DNA from: Nemertoderma westbladi
Taxonomy: Eukaryota > Animalia > Xenacoelomorpha
Assembly: GCA_032718475.1 (NCBI GenBank)
Contig: JAUCBJ010003401.1
Span: 1 to 41,180 of the forward strand
Length of the DNA: 41,180 nt
Direction of reading: 5' to 3'
Shown here: piece by piece, positions 1-12,032 of the stretch
How the letters are laid out: each line of letters opens with the position of its first letter
Position numbering within the stretch: the first letter of the stretch is position 1
Program-made: the position numbers and the translations under genes
The notes under the pieces: generated by a model
Told to the model about the DNA's origin: nothing
The model's database searches: none
Seen by the model: the letters and a program-made list of their open reading frames with translations, nothing else

Positions 1-297
1 ATAGGGGGAACACCATGATTATGGCATGGGCTGGTCATCAGGCGAAAGCAATGTCATGCAAAGCGGAGGCGGCTTTGTTCTAGTGTCAAGCTTGGGGGAA
101 CCAATGAGACACCTCCAATGTTATATAGTGTCTGTTTGTAGATGTGTGTATTGTACTTGACACAGTGAACCCGGCGTGAATGTGCCATACAGGGATTTGG
201 TGTCCTCAGCAGTTAGAGCCCCACCATAGACTTCCATAGAGGACTACTGGAACTACTGCTGTTCTAAAGAATCGTACCATAAGTTTGCGATGAATTC
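1..297 (-). mobile_element. Degenerate RTE-clade LINE fragment (C-terminal part of the ORF), running off the window edge
   Basis: Reverse strand reads IHRKLMVRFFRTAVVPVVLYGS...LEQSRLRFA*HCFR, paralleling LSRHLKTKFFRATVESVF...LRECRLRFSGHCWR of the RTE at 36104-38023. The reverse complement of about 30-82 closely matches 35322-35375 (gaacaaa..cgcctccgctttgca.gacattgctttcgcc). Contains stops and frameshifts. Confidence 0.75.
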
Positions 298-2934
298 TGT
301 GTGACTTATATGCTTCCTTCATAGTGCATTGCATTGCATAGGTAGGGCTACTGGTGCTACCAGTACTGTAGGCCACTAAACACACAATATGTTAAAATTA
401 ATTTTCAAGTATACCTGTAATAATGTGTTAACTCCCCGAAACAATCCCGTCTAGTACTTGAGTGATATATTATTTTCATCAGAACTATTAGTGGAATGTT
501 GTAGGCTACATATATTGATGATTATATGAACAGGACGAGCGCAGCGAGGCTTAAAAAGGATGCGAGTAATATTTAAACTCCGAGCTACCAGACTAAGTAA
601 AAGATGCAAGTATGGTATTTGTTTATATTTGATTTAGTAGGCCTTGGCCATGCGTCAGGCTGTCAGGTCAGATGAGTTCCACGAGTCCATCAGTCTGTAG
701 TCTGATTGTTGTTACTGGCACGCTCAAGGAGTTGAAGGTACCGTCAGCTGCCAAGGATTTGATAACGGCCAACGACTGTGAGGGTGAGGCGCTAAAATGT
801 TACGGCGTGAAATTCATAGACTAAAACTCTTCCCATTTTCAACAATACTTATACACGTCCTGTACAATGCTTCATTAAAATCTTCCAATAATTTCCATCG
901 TCTGTATTTTTAGTACTCGCACTATTTAGATAATTTATCTTATTTAGTTAATCTTTCTTAATTTGGTTTCTGTTATTGAAAATGTGGTATTTTATAATTT
1001 GTATGATTGTGTATGAGTCGTGTCGTGTGTATTGTTTTATGGTGGGTTATACACTGTATGTTTAATGTGTTTTATGTTCAACCTGTGTACCAATCATATT
1101 TTGTGCTATGTTTTGTTTGTGCTAATCATTTTTATTAATCAATAGTTGACATAATAATAATAATAATTGATAAATTTATTATTTTGCATTGCAAATTAAA
1201 TTGGTTCTTATACAGTATAGTCAAATTCTTGCATTAACATGCATAACAACCCGTTGCTCACCCCGGGGCTGAACTGACTATATGTCAAAAATAATTTCCC
1301 CGGAGATTTGGGCAAGTTTTTTGAATTTTGATTTTTAAAATGCTTTAGCAATAGCTCTGTAGGCCTATTTGATTGTGTTCATTGTTAGTTAATCAATAAC
1401 TGTTTACTTTTCATGTATTAATTTATATTGCATGAGCAAATGTGCTGTAACAATAACAATGTTATTTTATATTGTTTTTACTTTATAAATGTTTTTAAAA
1501 TCCAAATAATTGATGGTGGGAGGGGGGGGGGGGGGCGTAGGTGTCGTTAAACTGCAGACATTAATTACCCCCTGAAATTTCGAAAGTGGCCAAAAGTTAT
1601 TTACTATTGTGATGGGATAATTATTGGTACAGTTCTGAAAAGTGTTAGACCTGTAAGAGTAAAATCATAAAAAATATATAAAATTTTGATGAAATTCAAA
1701 CCACTATCTCTGGACTGGACGGAGCTATTGAGATGCAGTTTTTCCTATGGTGGTTCTCCATTGTTTTATAAATACAATGTTTGTGAATTTGAGCACCGGT
1801 GCCCAAAGGCATTCCCACAAAATGCAAATAACTAAATGTACGTTGTTGAACACAGGTGCACAATCTGCTGTTGAGGAACTGCACACTGCACAGGAATGTT
1901 CACGGGTGCATAATCCGCACTAACTAAACGCCAAGCCCCTAATCATGCCGCAGTCATGGAGCACATGGTTGTTCACCGGTGCACAATCCGCAGTAACAAA
2001 GAACCAGTGGTTTCGGAGCCGCAGCTAACGTGTTAAAAGTGAGAATATATACAAAAAAAGCATTTGAAGCAAGGAAACCTGGTAAGCCTATGGCAATGTG
2101 CACAACATTACTATGCTGCTATGGGTGAAAATTGAACTTTAAATCTGTAGAATAGTGAAATGTAAATCTAAATTGCACTGAATTGGTAATTATAGCGGAT
2201 TGTATATAGGTCTACTGTCAGACTGTAACAAACATCAAAGTAATTATTTGACAAAAAAGTGACCTTCAACAAATAAATACTTTCTGACTTTGTTGTTCAT
2301 CAAAAGTTGTGTTCAATTACTTACAGTAGGACAGGACTACATGTAATTATGTTTTACATCGCCAATTAATAGTGTTATCTGTTATGATAAAAAAAACTTA
2401 TAAATTTTGAACTAAAACATTACCTGTTTTTCTAAACATATGCTTAACACAAGCCGGCATGTAAGTACGGAAACCGAGTAGTTAATACGAAATAGTTGAA
2501 ATAACCTGCCACTAATGCATACGACGACATACATAACTGCATAAAGACCCGCCTCATTAAGGGGGTCGGGTACTTTCAATATGCGTACTCCCGTATTCAG
2601 GTGTTCGAGATTTGCAGTTTAATGATTTTAAATTTTATTGTTTTATAAATTGTCAATTAATATTTCCGTACTTACATATGTTTTAAGCATATGTTTAGAA
2701 AAAACAGGTAATTTTTGGTGCGCAAGAGCGCGCAAGCGCGCACATGTGGCTTGCTCCATGCTCCTGTGGACTCACGGCGCACATTTTTGGCCTTTTCCGC
2801 GCACGCGCACCCATTACAGCATTATTTTCAGTGCACAACGCGTTTTAATTTTTGCAAACATTTTCAGTCTGGCTGGTACCTAGCTGCCTGTCTGAGGTCG
2901 CTAGGTACTAGGCACCATGTATCGTCTATCGTCT

Positions 2935-3360
2935 TCTACTGCTGACAGCAGTAGAGTACAGCAGTACAGGCTGACAGAGGAGTAGCTGAATAGGGCGGCT
3001 GGGCGGTACAGCTGACAGCCTGCAGCCAGGCAGCCTGACATTCAGACAATCTAACAGTAGCTCATTCTACTTTTTAGTACCGGTATTGGCCTAGATGTTT
3101 TTTTAGCTCATTCTACAGTTCTACACTACTGCTGTACTGTTCTAGGCCTACATAAAAAGTAGGTCATTCTGTCATTCCATTCTAGCTCATTCTACAGTTC
3201 TGCATTTCTAGACAGCTAGGCATAGGGTAGATATAAAAAGTAGGTCATTCCATTCTAGCGCTAGCCTAGCTCATTCTACTTTTTATAGTTCATTCTACCG
3301 GTAGATCATTCTATGGGTCATTCTAGATAGTTCTAGCTCATTCAAGATCATTCTACCTTT
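2935..3360. repeat. Degenerate low-complexity repeat (CAGCTGACAG-rich, then recurring TAGCTCATTCTA/GGTCATTCTA)
   Basis: Many imperfect copies of (ta)gctcattcta / ggtcattc between about 3058 and 3356. Confidence 0.6.
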
Positions 3361-3473
3361 TACTGTTTCGCTGTTTTAATTACCGGCACTTACTGCTTAC
3401 CCCTGCAGCCCTGTACTTCTGTACTTGTACCCCGCATGCGACAGTGCGACTGTGCGATAGGGATAATTTCAGT

Positions 3474-3791
3474 TTTGGATATTTTTTCGATATAATATGC
3501 AATAACTTGTTTCAGGAAAAAATACCACATAGTTTTATTTCACAATGTAAAAGTTGGGTCTTTCTTGAACATAATGCAAAAAAACAGAAAACATTTCACC
3601 GTCCGGTTTTTTTTCTACAAGCGTTTTAAAATTGTATCAAAAATACGACCAGTTGCAGTTACTAACTGCAGAACTGCCTAAATTAGGGGATTTTTTAAAT
3701 TTACCTTATTTAAGACTTCGAAATTGTACACATAAATACTAAAAGTCCCTAAATACTGAAATAAGAACTTTTTGACCTGGGTTTCTTATTT
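3474..3791 (+). repeat. Left arm of a ~300-bp inverted repeat (partner 12033-12331); transposon terminal-region sequence
   Basis: ttttggatattttttcga...ggtttcttattta aligns with the reverse complement of 12033-12331 at high identity with a few short indels. No TSD found. Confidence 0.85.
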
Positions 3792-3872
3792 ACGAATACA
3801 ATTAATTTGCCTCGTTGTGTTCGTTTGTTTTTTACCAAACTTTATTTTATTTATAATCTTTTGACGGACTAC

Positions 3873-4020
3873 AAACATACCAAGTTTCGTTTAATTTCAT
3901 CAAGGAATGACCGAGTTATTAGCGATAAAAAATGTACGACGACGACCAAACAACTCGTTAATGGCACCCATATGCCAGTATGCTAAGGCTTCGCCCACTT
4001 GAACGTGGCTCTCCCCCACA
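3873..4020 (+). mobile_element. 3' end fragment of a dispersed non-autonomous (Helitron/Helentron-like) repeat
   Basis: taccaagttt..atttcatc..ccgagttatta..ttaatgg.accc..gctaaggct..cgtggctc.ccccaca matches 39510-39668. Family assignment is inference. Confidence 0.55.
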
Positions 4021-4041
4021 TTCAATCCGGTTCGACGCAGT

Positions 4042-4342
4042 TTGTCAGTTTGTTGCTCGTTGTTGATCGTTGTACTTTATTATTTCTCGTTGTTGCTCAT
4101 TGTTTCTTGTTGGTGCTCATTGTTGCTCATTAGATGTACTTTATTATTGCTCATTGTGCGGTGTGCGCGTTGCTGTTCGTTGTTGAACTCTATTATTGCT
4201 CGTTGTTGCTCATTATTGCTCATTGTTACTCGTTGTTGCTCTTTGTTGTAATTTATTATTGCTCATTATTGCTCGTTGTTGCTCAATGTTACTCGTTGTT
4301 GCTCATTGTTACTCGTTGTTGCTCATTGTTACTCGTTGTTGC
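4042..4342. repeat. Low-complexity (TTGTTGCTCR/TTGTTACTCG)n repeat, left half
   Basis: Degenerate ~10-13 bp units. The tract is interrupted at 4343 and resumes at 11578. Confidence 0.9.
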
Positions 4343-5832
4343 CAGTGCCGGATTAAGCCTCTGGTGGCCCTAAGGCACATTTTAGTAATTTCCAAAAATG
4401 GCCCGAAAATTGATATTTTTCCGCAAACCCTTTCAAAAGAAAAAGCTGCTAAAAACAACTGAAATTGTGAAAATGTTGGGAAGGAAATATAAAGTATTTT
4501 CGTCGGATTACTGCGTGCAAATAAGTACTAAGTAGGCCTACTTTGATAATAAGTACTTCGCAAAAATAGTTTTCATCAAGAATTGATTACTAAACGGCAT
4601 ATTATGCCTATAAAACCTTTGCTATAAAAAGTGTAATGGTTTTGGTAGAATTTCTCAAGCTTTAATTTTTTAATATATTAATGGGACCATTACCCCCCAA
4701 ATCTATTTGTTTTATTTATAAAGCTACTATTCTGAAACTTTAACACAATGATCTGTGACCTTTTATATACTATTAAAACTGAGTATAGATACAGTGTAGC
4801 TTCATAAACCGTTTGTTCAAAAAATATGGCACTTTTTGAGCAGGTCGGTTTTTTCAAAAATTCTACATTTGTGGCATTTCTATGTAAATTAGCTCATGTT
4901 TAAGGATCTGTAATACCACCTGCATTGAAGTTCTTGGTCCAAGACTTTGGTAAAATGGACCTAAAAATGTAGACTATCCTCTATGAAAATTTTAGCACAA
5001 AATTATTGTTTTTGAAAAATTTAGGGGGGTTTTAGTACAGTACCGCTTTCAAATAACGTCGTATTGGATCCTAATAGGATCCTATTAGGATCCAAGTCAC
5101 TGATTCACTACTATAGGAGTTAGGATTTAATTGGAAATGAAATTTAGCCCAAATTCCAGACTTGGAGGCACTTAGGATTTGACTTGGATTTCATTAGGAA
5201 TTTACTTGGAAATCGGCGCTTACTTTGATGTCTGGAAGGTGGACTGACTCAGACTATGCTTGTGCTGGTCCACTTCTCCTCTATCCTGTCAATCATTCAG
5301 ATGTATAGAATGGACTAGACTCAGCCTAAAGTTTGCGTAGTGTTTGTGTTCAGTTCATTACATTGAGGTATGGATATCGATGGAAGATTACACTCCTCCT
5401 ACTGTACCTTGTATTGCCAGCCTCTGACGTAAATAATATTTAGAATATTAACTCTAATAGATGAAATCCACACACATCCGCACATAGTTAACGTCCGTGG
5501 GCTGGTGGGCTCTGGAATAATTTAAAATCGTATTGAACTTACAAATAAATATAGGATCACACACTGTATTTATTACTATTGAACATTATTTTGAGTAATA
5601 AAGAGAATTACACAATGTTTGTGTAATTATTAATAGAATAAATATTAGTTTATTTTCATTTAATAGTTTAATTAATAATTAGACAGGGGCTAAAACTGGG
5701 CAACTAAATAAATGTTTGTTATCCACGGGAAATGTTCATTTCCTATAGGCCTACACCAGTACACATTGACATTCTGCTTACTATACAAACAGATAATTGG
5801 GTGTTCAATTATTATTGTCTTAAAAATAAATA

Positions 5833-7172
5833 TGGGCTATTAATTATTGGCAGTGATTTTTTATGTCCTTTTATTTGACTTTTTTTGTCCTCCCTTTTTT
5901 ACGAATTGTGCATAATGACTTTTGTTGTCCTTTTAATGACTTTTATTGTCCTTTTAATGACTTTTTATGTATGTATTTCTTCAAACTGTCAGACTGCTGA
6001 TTTCTGGACTGTCAGACAGTTGATTTCAACATGCCTATGCCAAAACATTCAAAATTTGTTGATTTCTGGTCTGTCGGACAGTTGGTTTCACTATGCCTGA
6101 TCCAAAACATTCCATGATTCCATGATTTATAGACTATGAGATAGAATTCCATATGCGCCTGTGGTAAAAGACTCTAAATTTAATAGTTGGTAGTTGTTGT
6201 CGATAATTGATTACCACATGACGTAGCAAAACACTCATTTTATAGCCAAAAACAATTACCAATTGATGGAAAGGAGCAGGTTTAAGGCCGGATTTTCTAA
6301 CCAAAACAACAAACAGTCACTTTACCAAATCAGGGAAAGGAGCACGTTACAGAGGCGGGATTTTATAACCAAAACAATAAACGATTATTTAACTAATTGA
6401 GGGAAAGGAGCAGGTTACAGAGACGGGATTTTCTAACCAAAACAATAAACGATAACATTACCAATTGAGAGAAAGGAGCAGGTTACAGATGCGGGATTTT
6501 CTAACAAAAACAATAAACAGTCACTTTACCAAATTAGGGAAAGGAGCAGGTTACAGAGACGGGATTTTCTAACCAACACAATAAACGATAACATTACCAA
6601 TTGAGAGAAAGGAGCAGGTTACAGAGGCGGGATTTCCTAACCAAAACAATAAACGATCACTTAATTAATTGAGGGAAAGGGGCAGGTTACAGAGGCGGGA
6701 TTTTCTAACCAAAACAATAAACAGTCACTTTTCAAAATGAAGGAAAGGAGCAGGTTACAGAGGCGGGCCTTTCTAACCAAAACAATAAACGGTCACTTTA
6801 CCAAATCAGGCAAAGGAGCAGGTTACAGATGAGGCGAGATTTTCTAACCAAAACAACCGGTCAGCCGGTAGGCCTACCAGTACCGTATTTAAATGGTAGG
6901 CTACAAAGTAGGCCTACAGCAGTACCGGTGCCGGTACCGGTACTAAAATACAGAAATATGCCTGCTTTATACCTACATCTGTACATACAATACAGCAAAA
7001 TAGTGCTATATATACTAATACCGGTACTGATAGCCTGAGAGAACAGCAGTAGAGAAACCGGTAGCATGGAACCTAACATTAGATTTTTGGAGGACATAAA
7101 AAATCAAAAAAAAGGACAAAAAAAGGATTTAAACGGACAATAAAAATCATTGCGTTAATTATTAGCAGCCCA
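5833..7172. mobile_element. Foldback/MITE-like element with degenerate TIRs enclosing the 68-bp satellite
   Basis: tgggctattaattattggcagtgattttttatgtcc versus reverse complement tgggctgctaataattaacgcaatgatttttattgtcc. T-rich tgtcc/tgac repeats on the left are mirrored by A-rich ggaca repeats on the right. No TSD seen. Confidence 0.6.
6250..6857 (+). repeat. 68-bp minisatellite, about 9 copies
   Basis: The aaggagca-type anchor recurs at 6271, 6337, 6405, 6473, 6541, 6609, 6677, 6745 and 6813. Consensus ggaaaggagcaggttacagaggcgggattttctaaccaaaacaataaac... Confidence 0.95.
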
Positions 7173-7372
7173 CTTAGTGCCTAACACGCTGTATCTCATT
7201 GTGTAGTTAAATATCCGTCTATTGATTAATATTGATAATTGATATTGATTAATTGATATTGCGTAATATTGATTAGTCCCTAGGTACCGGGTTCGAGCCC
7301 CAATAGGGGCGGTTGATATTTTTCGCTATGGTGCGCATTATCATAATGTACCATAACATATTATATTTAATT

Positions 7373-8408
7373 GTGACGGGCCTAGCGGCCAGATAAGGAA
7401 CCGACTTTATTTCAAATAAAAGAGACAACGAGCTCGGCTCGGTCTTGCACGATTGGGCACGATTAAGTTCGACTTGGCTTGATCGGCTCGGTTTGGCTCG
7501 ATTAGGCTCGGCTCAGCTCGGCTCGGCTCGGCTCGATTAGGCTCGGCTCAGCTCGGCTCGGCTCGGCTCGACTCGGCTCGGCCTAGTGACGGGCCTAGCG
7601 GCCCGATAAGGAACCGACTTTATTTCAAATAAAAGAGACAACGAGCTCGGCTCGGTCTTGCACGATTGGGCACGATTAAGTTCGACTTGGCTTGATCGGC
7701 TCGGTTTGGCTCGATTAGGCTCGGCTCGGCTCGGCTCAGCTCGGCTCGGCTCGGTTCGGCTCGGCTCGGCTCGATTAGGCTAGGCTCAGCTCGGCTCGGC
7801 TCGACTCGGCTCGGCCTGGCTCGGCTCGGCTCGACTCGGCTCGGCTTGGCTCGGCCTGGCTCTGCTCGGCTCGGCTCGACTCGGATCGGCTCGGCTCGGC
7901 CTGGCTCGGCTCGGCTCGACTCGGCTCGGCTCGATTAGGCTCGGCTCGGCTCAGCTCAGCTCGGCTCGGCTCGGCTCGGCTTGGCTCGGCCTGGCTCGGC
8001 TCGGCTCGGCTCGGCTCGGCTCAGCTCGATTAGGCTCGGCTCGGCTCAGCTCGGCTCGGCTCGGCTCGGCTCGATTAGGCTCGGCTCAGCTCGGCTCGAC
8101 TCGGCTCGGCTCGGCTCGGCTTGGCTCGGCCTGGCTCGGCTTGGCTCGGCTCGGCACGGCTCGGCTCGGCACGGCTCGGCTTGGCTCGGCACGGCTCGGC
8201 TCGGCTCTGCTCGGCCGGCTCGGCTCGGCTCGGCTCAGCTCGGCTTGGCTCGGCTCGGCTCGGCTCGGCTCGATTAGGCTCGGCTCAGCTCGGCTCGACT
8301 CGGCTCGGCTTGGCTCGGCCTGGCTCGGCTTGGCTCGGCTCGGCTCGGCACGGCTCGGCTTGGCTCGGCTTGGCTCGGCTCGGCTCGGCTTGGCTCGGCT
8401 TGGCTCGG
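7373..8408. repeat. (GGCTC)n pentanucleotide array preceded by a tandemly duplicated ~140-bp header
   Basis: The header gtgacgggcctagcggcc.gataaggaaccgactttatttcaaataaaagagacaacgagctcgg... occurs at 7373 and 7586. The first copy is followed by a short GGCTC run and the second by about 700 bp, with variant units (GATTA, GACTC, AGCTC, GGCTT, GGCAC). Confidence 0.95.
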
Positions 8409-8423
8409 TCTGAGTCGACTCCC

Positions 8424-8672
8424 CGTGCTGCTCGAAGGGCGCAAATACATATATCGAAGGGTCAAAGCAAAACTCACGTGCTGCTCGAAGGGACAAAGTC
8501 AAACAATGTGTCTATTATTTGATGTAATTCACGTGCTGCTCGAAGGGCGCAAATACATATATCGAAGGGTCAAAGCAAAACTCACGTGCTGCTCGAAGGG
8601 ACAAAGTCAAACATTGTGTCTATTATTTGATCATCTCACGTGCTGCTAGAAGGGCGCAACTACATATATCGA
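8424..8672. repeat. ~108-bp tandem repeat (2.3 copies) with internal ~54-bp sub-period
   Basis: cgtgctgctcgaagggcgcaaatacatatatcgaa-type starts at 8424, 8532 and 8639. cgtgctgctcgaaggg also recurs mid-unit. Confidence 0.9.
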
Positions 8673-9231
8673 AACAAGCCCCTGTCTTGTATTTTAATTA
8701 TATCAGAAATCGTTGCCTTCAGTACAAATATCTAAAAATTCATTCACCTGAAGTATGGGTAACATTATAAATTCGTTTTTCGCACAGTAGAGTTAACTAA
8801 GCAAATACCCTCCAGGTTGACTGAATGATTTTATTAATGTTTGCCATGCATAATGTACTATATTTGGGTCCCATGACCCACCCCATTGAACAGCTTTGCT
8901 TACATCTGATAGAAAGTAATCCCAAATTAACTTCCCTCTACGAAAATTATTTTAATTAAATACATACAACATAGCAGTCAACTCTGCTATCAACAGTACA
9001 CAATAACTAAAATGGCATTCAGCTTACCAGCTATTCGCATTAAGCTAATAGATATTCGATTTCATTGGATTCAGTGAGTGTGTGAGGGCTATTGGGAGAG
9101 CAATCAGCTTATGATGTAATACATTAGAATCCCACAGCTTTTGTTTGCTTACTGTCTGAGTTGTAGAGTGAGGATAATACTTGGCAGAGAAAGCATTTCC
9201 TTGTTAGGTGGCCATTCCTATAGAATAGCAT

Positions 9232-9472
9232 TACTAGGCCATCTCTAGGCATTTTTCATGAGTGCCAGCTGGTGTTTTTATCATTGCGCCTATGGCGTTT
9301 TTTCGTTTATGTCTATTTTTCGAGCCCACGGCTCATGGACGAAATAGCGGAACATACCAGGGACCTTAGAATCGCGGTATCCAGCCGCTGTGAAAATTTC
9401 ATCAAAATCGTTAGAGTAGTTTTGGCTATAGATTAGCCAGCCAGCCAGTCAGCCAGTCAATCAATCAGCCAA
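9232..9472 (+). mobile_element. Short Helitron/HINE-like non-autonomous fragment
   Basis: aatttcatcaaaatcg followed by an (AGCC/AGTC)n microsatellite, the same layout as 40015-40083. Family call is inference from architecture. Confidence 0.35.
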
Positions 9473-11577
9473 CAATTCTTACAGTAATGAACCTCTCGTC
9501 ACCCTCCCCACAACAATTCATTTAGAATGCTATATTTTACTGAAACACACTAGTTCCGTATTTAAACATAAGACCCACAAAGCACATTGCACTCTCCAAG
9601 CAGATTCTGCAACATGTCACAATCCATATCACTACCACTACGAAAAATAAATGACATAACATCCTACAGGAATTAACAGACCCTTATGAGTTTAGTGGTT
9701 TGTAACAAACTTAACCTCTTGGCATAATGATATTAATATTAATTATAAATTATATTTATTATACCATGGAAATGGTAAAATCGCCAGATCTAAAAAGTTC
9801 GCACAATAATTTAAATAAAATTATTAAAAGTTTGACGTCCGAATAAAATCAGATTACGCCTTAGCAGCCCAACTACTTGTTGAGGCTCACTCAACGTGTT
9901 GGCGGGCCTATTTTACACAAGCGGCGATACCTTTACCGTATGGTAGTTAATGTGTCCAGATATTGAGTTAAAGCCAGTGTAGTGTGTTCTTTGAATATTT
10001 AACATTAGCCTATGGGGAGTATTGTTGTTGTAAGATAAGTCAGGGGAAGGGAAATACAACTCAACCACTAGACAAAGGGGCTCTCTTTACTTCTTTCAGC
10101 TATCCCGGGTGGTTGATTGACAGACATTTCTAAGCTTTGATATTTAGCCGCTCTAGGTAGACTTACATTAGGCAAATTCCAAGTGATTTCATAAAGGTTA
10201 TTTATTTCCTATTAGGATCCAATAGGACGCTATTTGAAAGCGTTATTGTATTTCCGGGCTATATTTTGAGATAGACAAAGTGTAGCATTTAGAAAATCTG
10301 TTCTAGAAGATACAAATGGCCATGTTTTACAAAACCAACGATAGTAGTCCTAAAGCTGCTGAACATTTTGTATGTTGGATGACAATTGAGTAAAAAATAA
10401 AATAGTAGTAGGGAATTTAGTGATGAAAAAAGTAAAAAATCGACAAACTTATAAAAAGGTTTGTTATACAGAGAGTCATAAATATCAGCAATATATTATG
10501 TTGTTGAAAAGAGCAGTTTTGAGGTCAAAATATAATTCACTGTTGAAAACCGACATTACCTTATGAAAGCCCTTCTATCAAACTACAAAAAATTGTGTAA
10601 ATTTTCGAAAAATTCATTTCTGTGGGGGTTATAGTTGGCCCCCTTAAGGCTGACTGGCCCCGGTAGGCATTTAGCAATTTTTATCGGATCTTGGGAATGT
10701 GTTATTTATTTGCTGTAGGTTTCGCAGGGTACTTATCTTTACAGGACTTGCTGAGAAATAAAACACCGTAAGTGTGGGCGTAGTGCAAAGATATAATATT
10801 ACTGATCTAGATTTGACTTGTTGAGAAAGTAATGTTCTTCGATAAGAGAACAGTCTCGGAAATAAGCACTTTTTGTCGCTAATTTTAATTTACCCCAATT
10901 CAATTATGCTGTCCGAGAGTTTTAGGTTTTGCAGGAATTGCACCTAAAATGCCATCGAATGCAAAATTCAATACACGAGGGCAGAACATCCGAATTTCGG
11001 TTAAATTAAGTTACAGTAGTGACAAGAAGTTATTTCTGAAATTATTTCTTTTTTTTTATCAACAACTATTTTATCTACAACTAATTTATCCTCTTTTTTT
11101 ATCTATTAGGGCCTATATTTATAAAACTAGTTACCGGTAGAAAAAAATTAATTTCGCACTACCATATCTCTACGCCATACATTTACTATGTACAGTATTT
11201 CCAGTATGTCATTATTTGGTTGTTCTAGAAAGTTTAAGAGCATAACTACAAATAATTCCCCACAAATAGATAAAATTAAATTCTCCACTGTTCATAATTA
11301 GCACTTTAAAGTTTTACTACTTGTTTTATTATTTCCCTGCCATCAGGTCTCGAACTAATAACACAGCACCTGTCGGTCGACTGAGCTGGAATTTTGCACT
11401 TTCTGTCACAAATTTAGGGATAGAAAGTAGTCGAAAGATGCACTTTCTTGCTCTGTTTCCGGACTTTTCAGGTAAAAATATTTTTTTTACAGGAATGACT
11501 TGCAAAAAAAAATGGCCCGGATTTTCGGCTGGCCCTAAGGCACGTGCCTTATATGCCTTAAGGTTAATCCGGCACTG

Positions 11578-11757
11578 GTTGTTGCTCGTTCAGTCGTTGT
11601 TCCTCATTATTGCTTGTTGTTGTACTTTATTATTGCTCATTGTTTCTCATTGTCTGATTGTTGCTCAATGTTACTCGTTGTTGCTCATTGTTACTCGTTG
11701 TTTTGTTACTCATTGTTGCTCGTTGTTGCTTATTGTTCAGTTGTTGCTTGTTGTGCA
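11578..11757. repeat. Low-complexity (TTGTTGCTCR)n repeat, right half
   Basis: Continuation of 4042-4342 beyond the hAT TSD. Confidence 0.9.
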
Positions 11758-12032
11758 TTTTTGCACCTATCAAATTAAGCTCAGAAGCTCCCTTATCTCT
11801 GTATCTTGCAATGTCCTGTCCAGGTTAGGCAGTGCTGCAGTGAGGAGGTCATAACTGTCATAAGCAGATAAGGGCAGAAGGGGGAATGGGCTGGGAGACG
11901 AGACAGTTATAAGAGACATTATACAGTTATATAAGGATATTTAATTTAATTTATTTAATATATGAGAAATGAGAAATATTTAATTTATTTAAGGAGTATG
12001 CAGATTTTGGAATTAAATTGTATAGGCCTACC

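Larger units (their letters stand above)
5038..10248. mobile_element. Non-autonomous Tc1/mariner-type element with nested insertions
   Basis: 41-bp TIR cagtaccgctttcaaataacgtcgtattggatcctaatagg versus reverse complement caataacgctttcaaatagcgtcctattggatcctaatagg (4 mismatches), flanked by TA (5036-5037 / 10249-10250). Confidence 0.85.
4682..10643. mobile_element. Candidate TTAA-flanked non-autonomous element (Kolobok-like) nested in the hAT element
   Basis: TTAA at 4678-4681 and 10644-10647. Imperfect TIR: tgggaccattacccccc versus reverse complement gggggccaactataaccccc. A variant of the hAT subterminal motif (tggccccggtaggca) resumes just outside the right end. Confidence 0.4.
4343..11577. 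mobile_element. Non-autonomous hAT-type element, swollen by nested insertions
   Basis: Perfect 14-bp TIR CAGTGCCGGATTAA (4343-4356 / 11564-11577), exact 8-bp TSD GTTGTTGC (4335-4342 / 11578-11585), and subterminal TGGCCCTAAGGCAC near both ends. CAG termini with an 8-bp TSD are typical of hAT. Confidence 0.9.

Noticed and set aside
1790-2030. Cys-rich-looking segment with repeated GTGCACAATCCGCA
   Set aside because: No sustained reading frame; probably transposon-internal repeats, but I could not define ends.
4042-4462. Leu/Cys-rich ORFs (also 11321-11854)
   Set aside because: Translations of the TTGTTGCTC low-complexity repeat that cross transposon boundaries.
6250-6857. CRISPR-like appearance (conserved boxes with variable parts)
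   Set aside because: Whole 68-bp units are homologous with no unique spacers, there are no cas genes, and the context is eukaryotic.
7981-8522. ARLGS/EPSRA repeat ORFs
   Set aside because: Artefact of a pentanucleotide microsatellite that is open in several frames on both strands.
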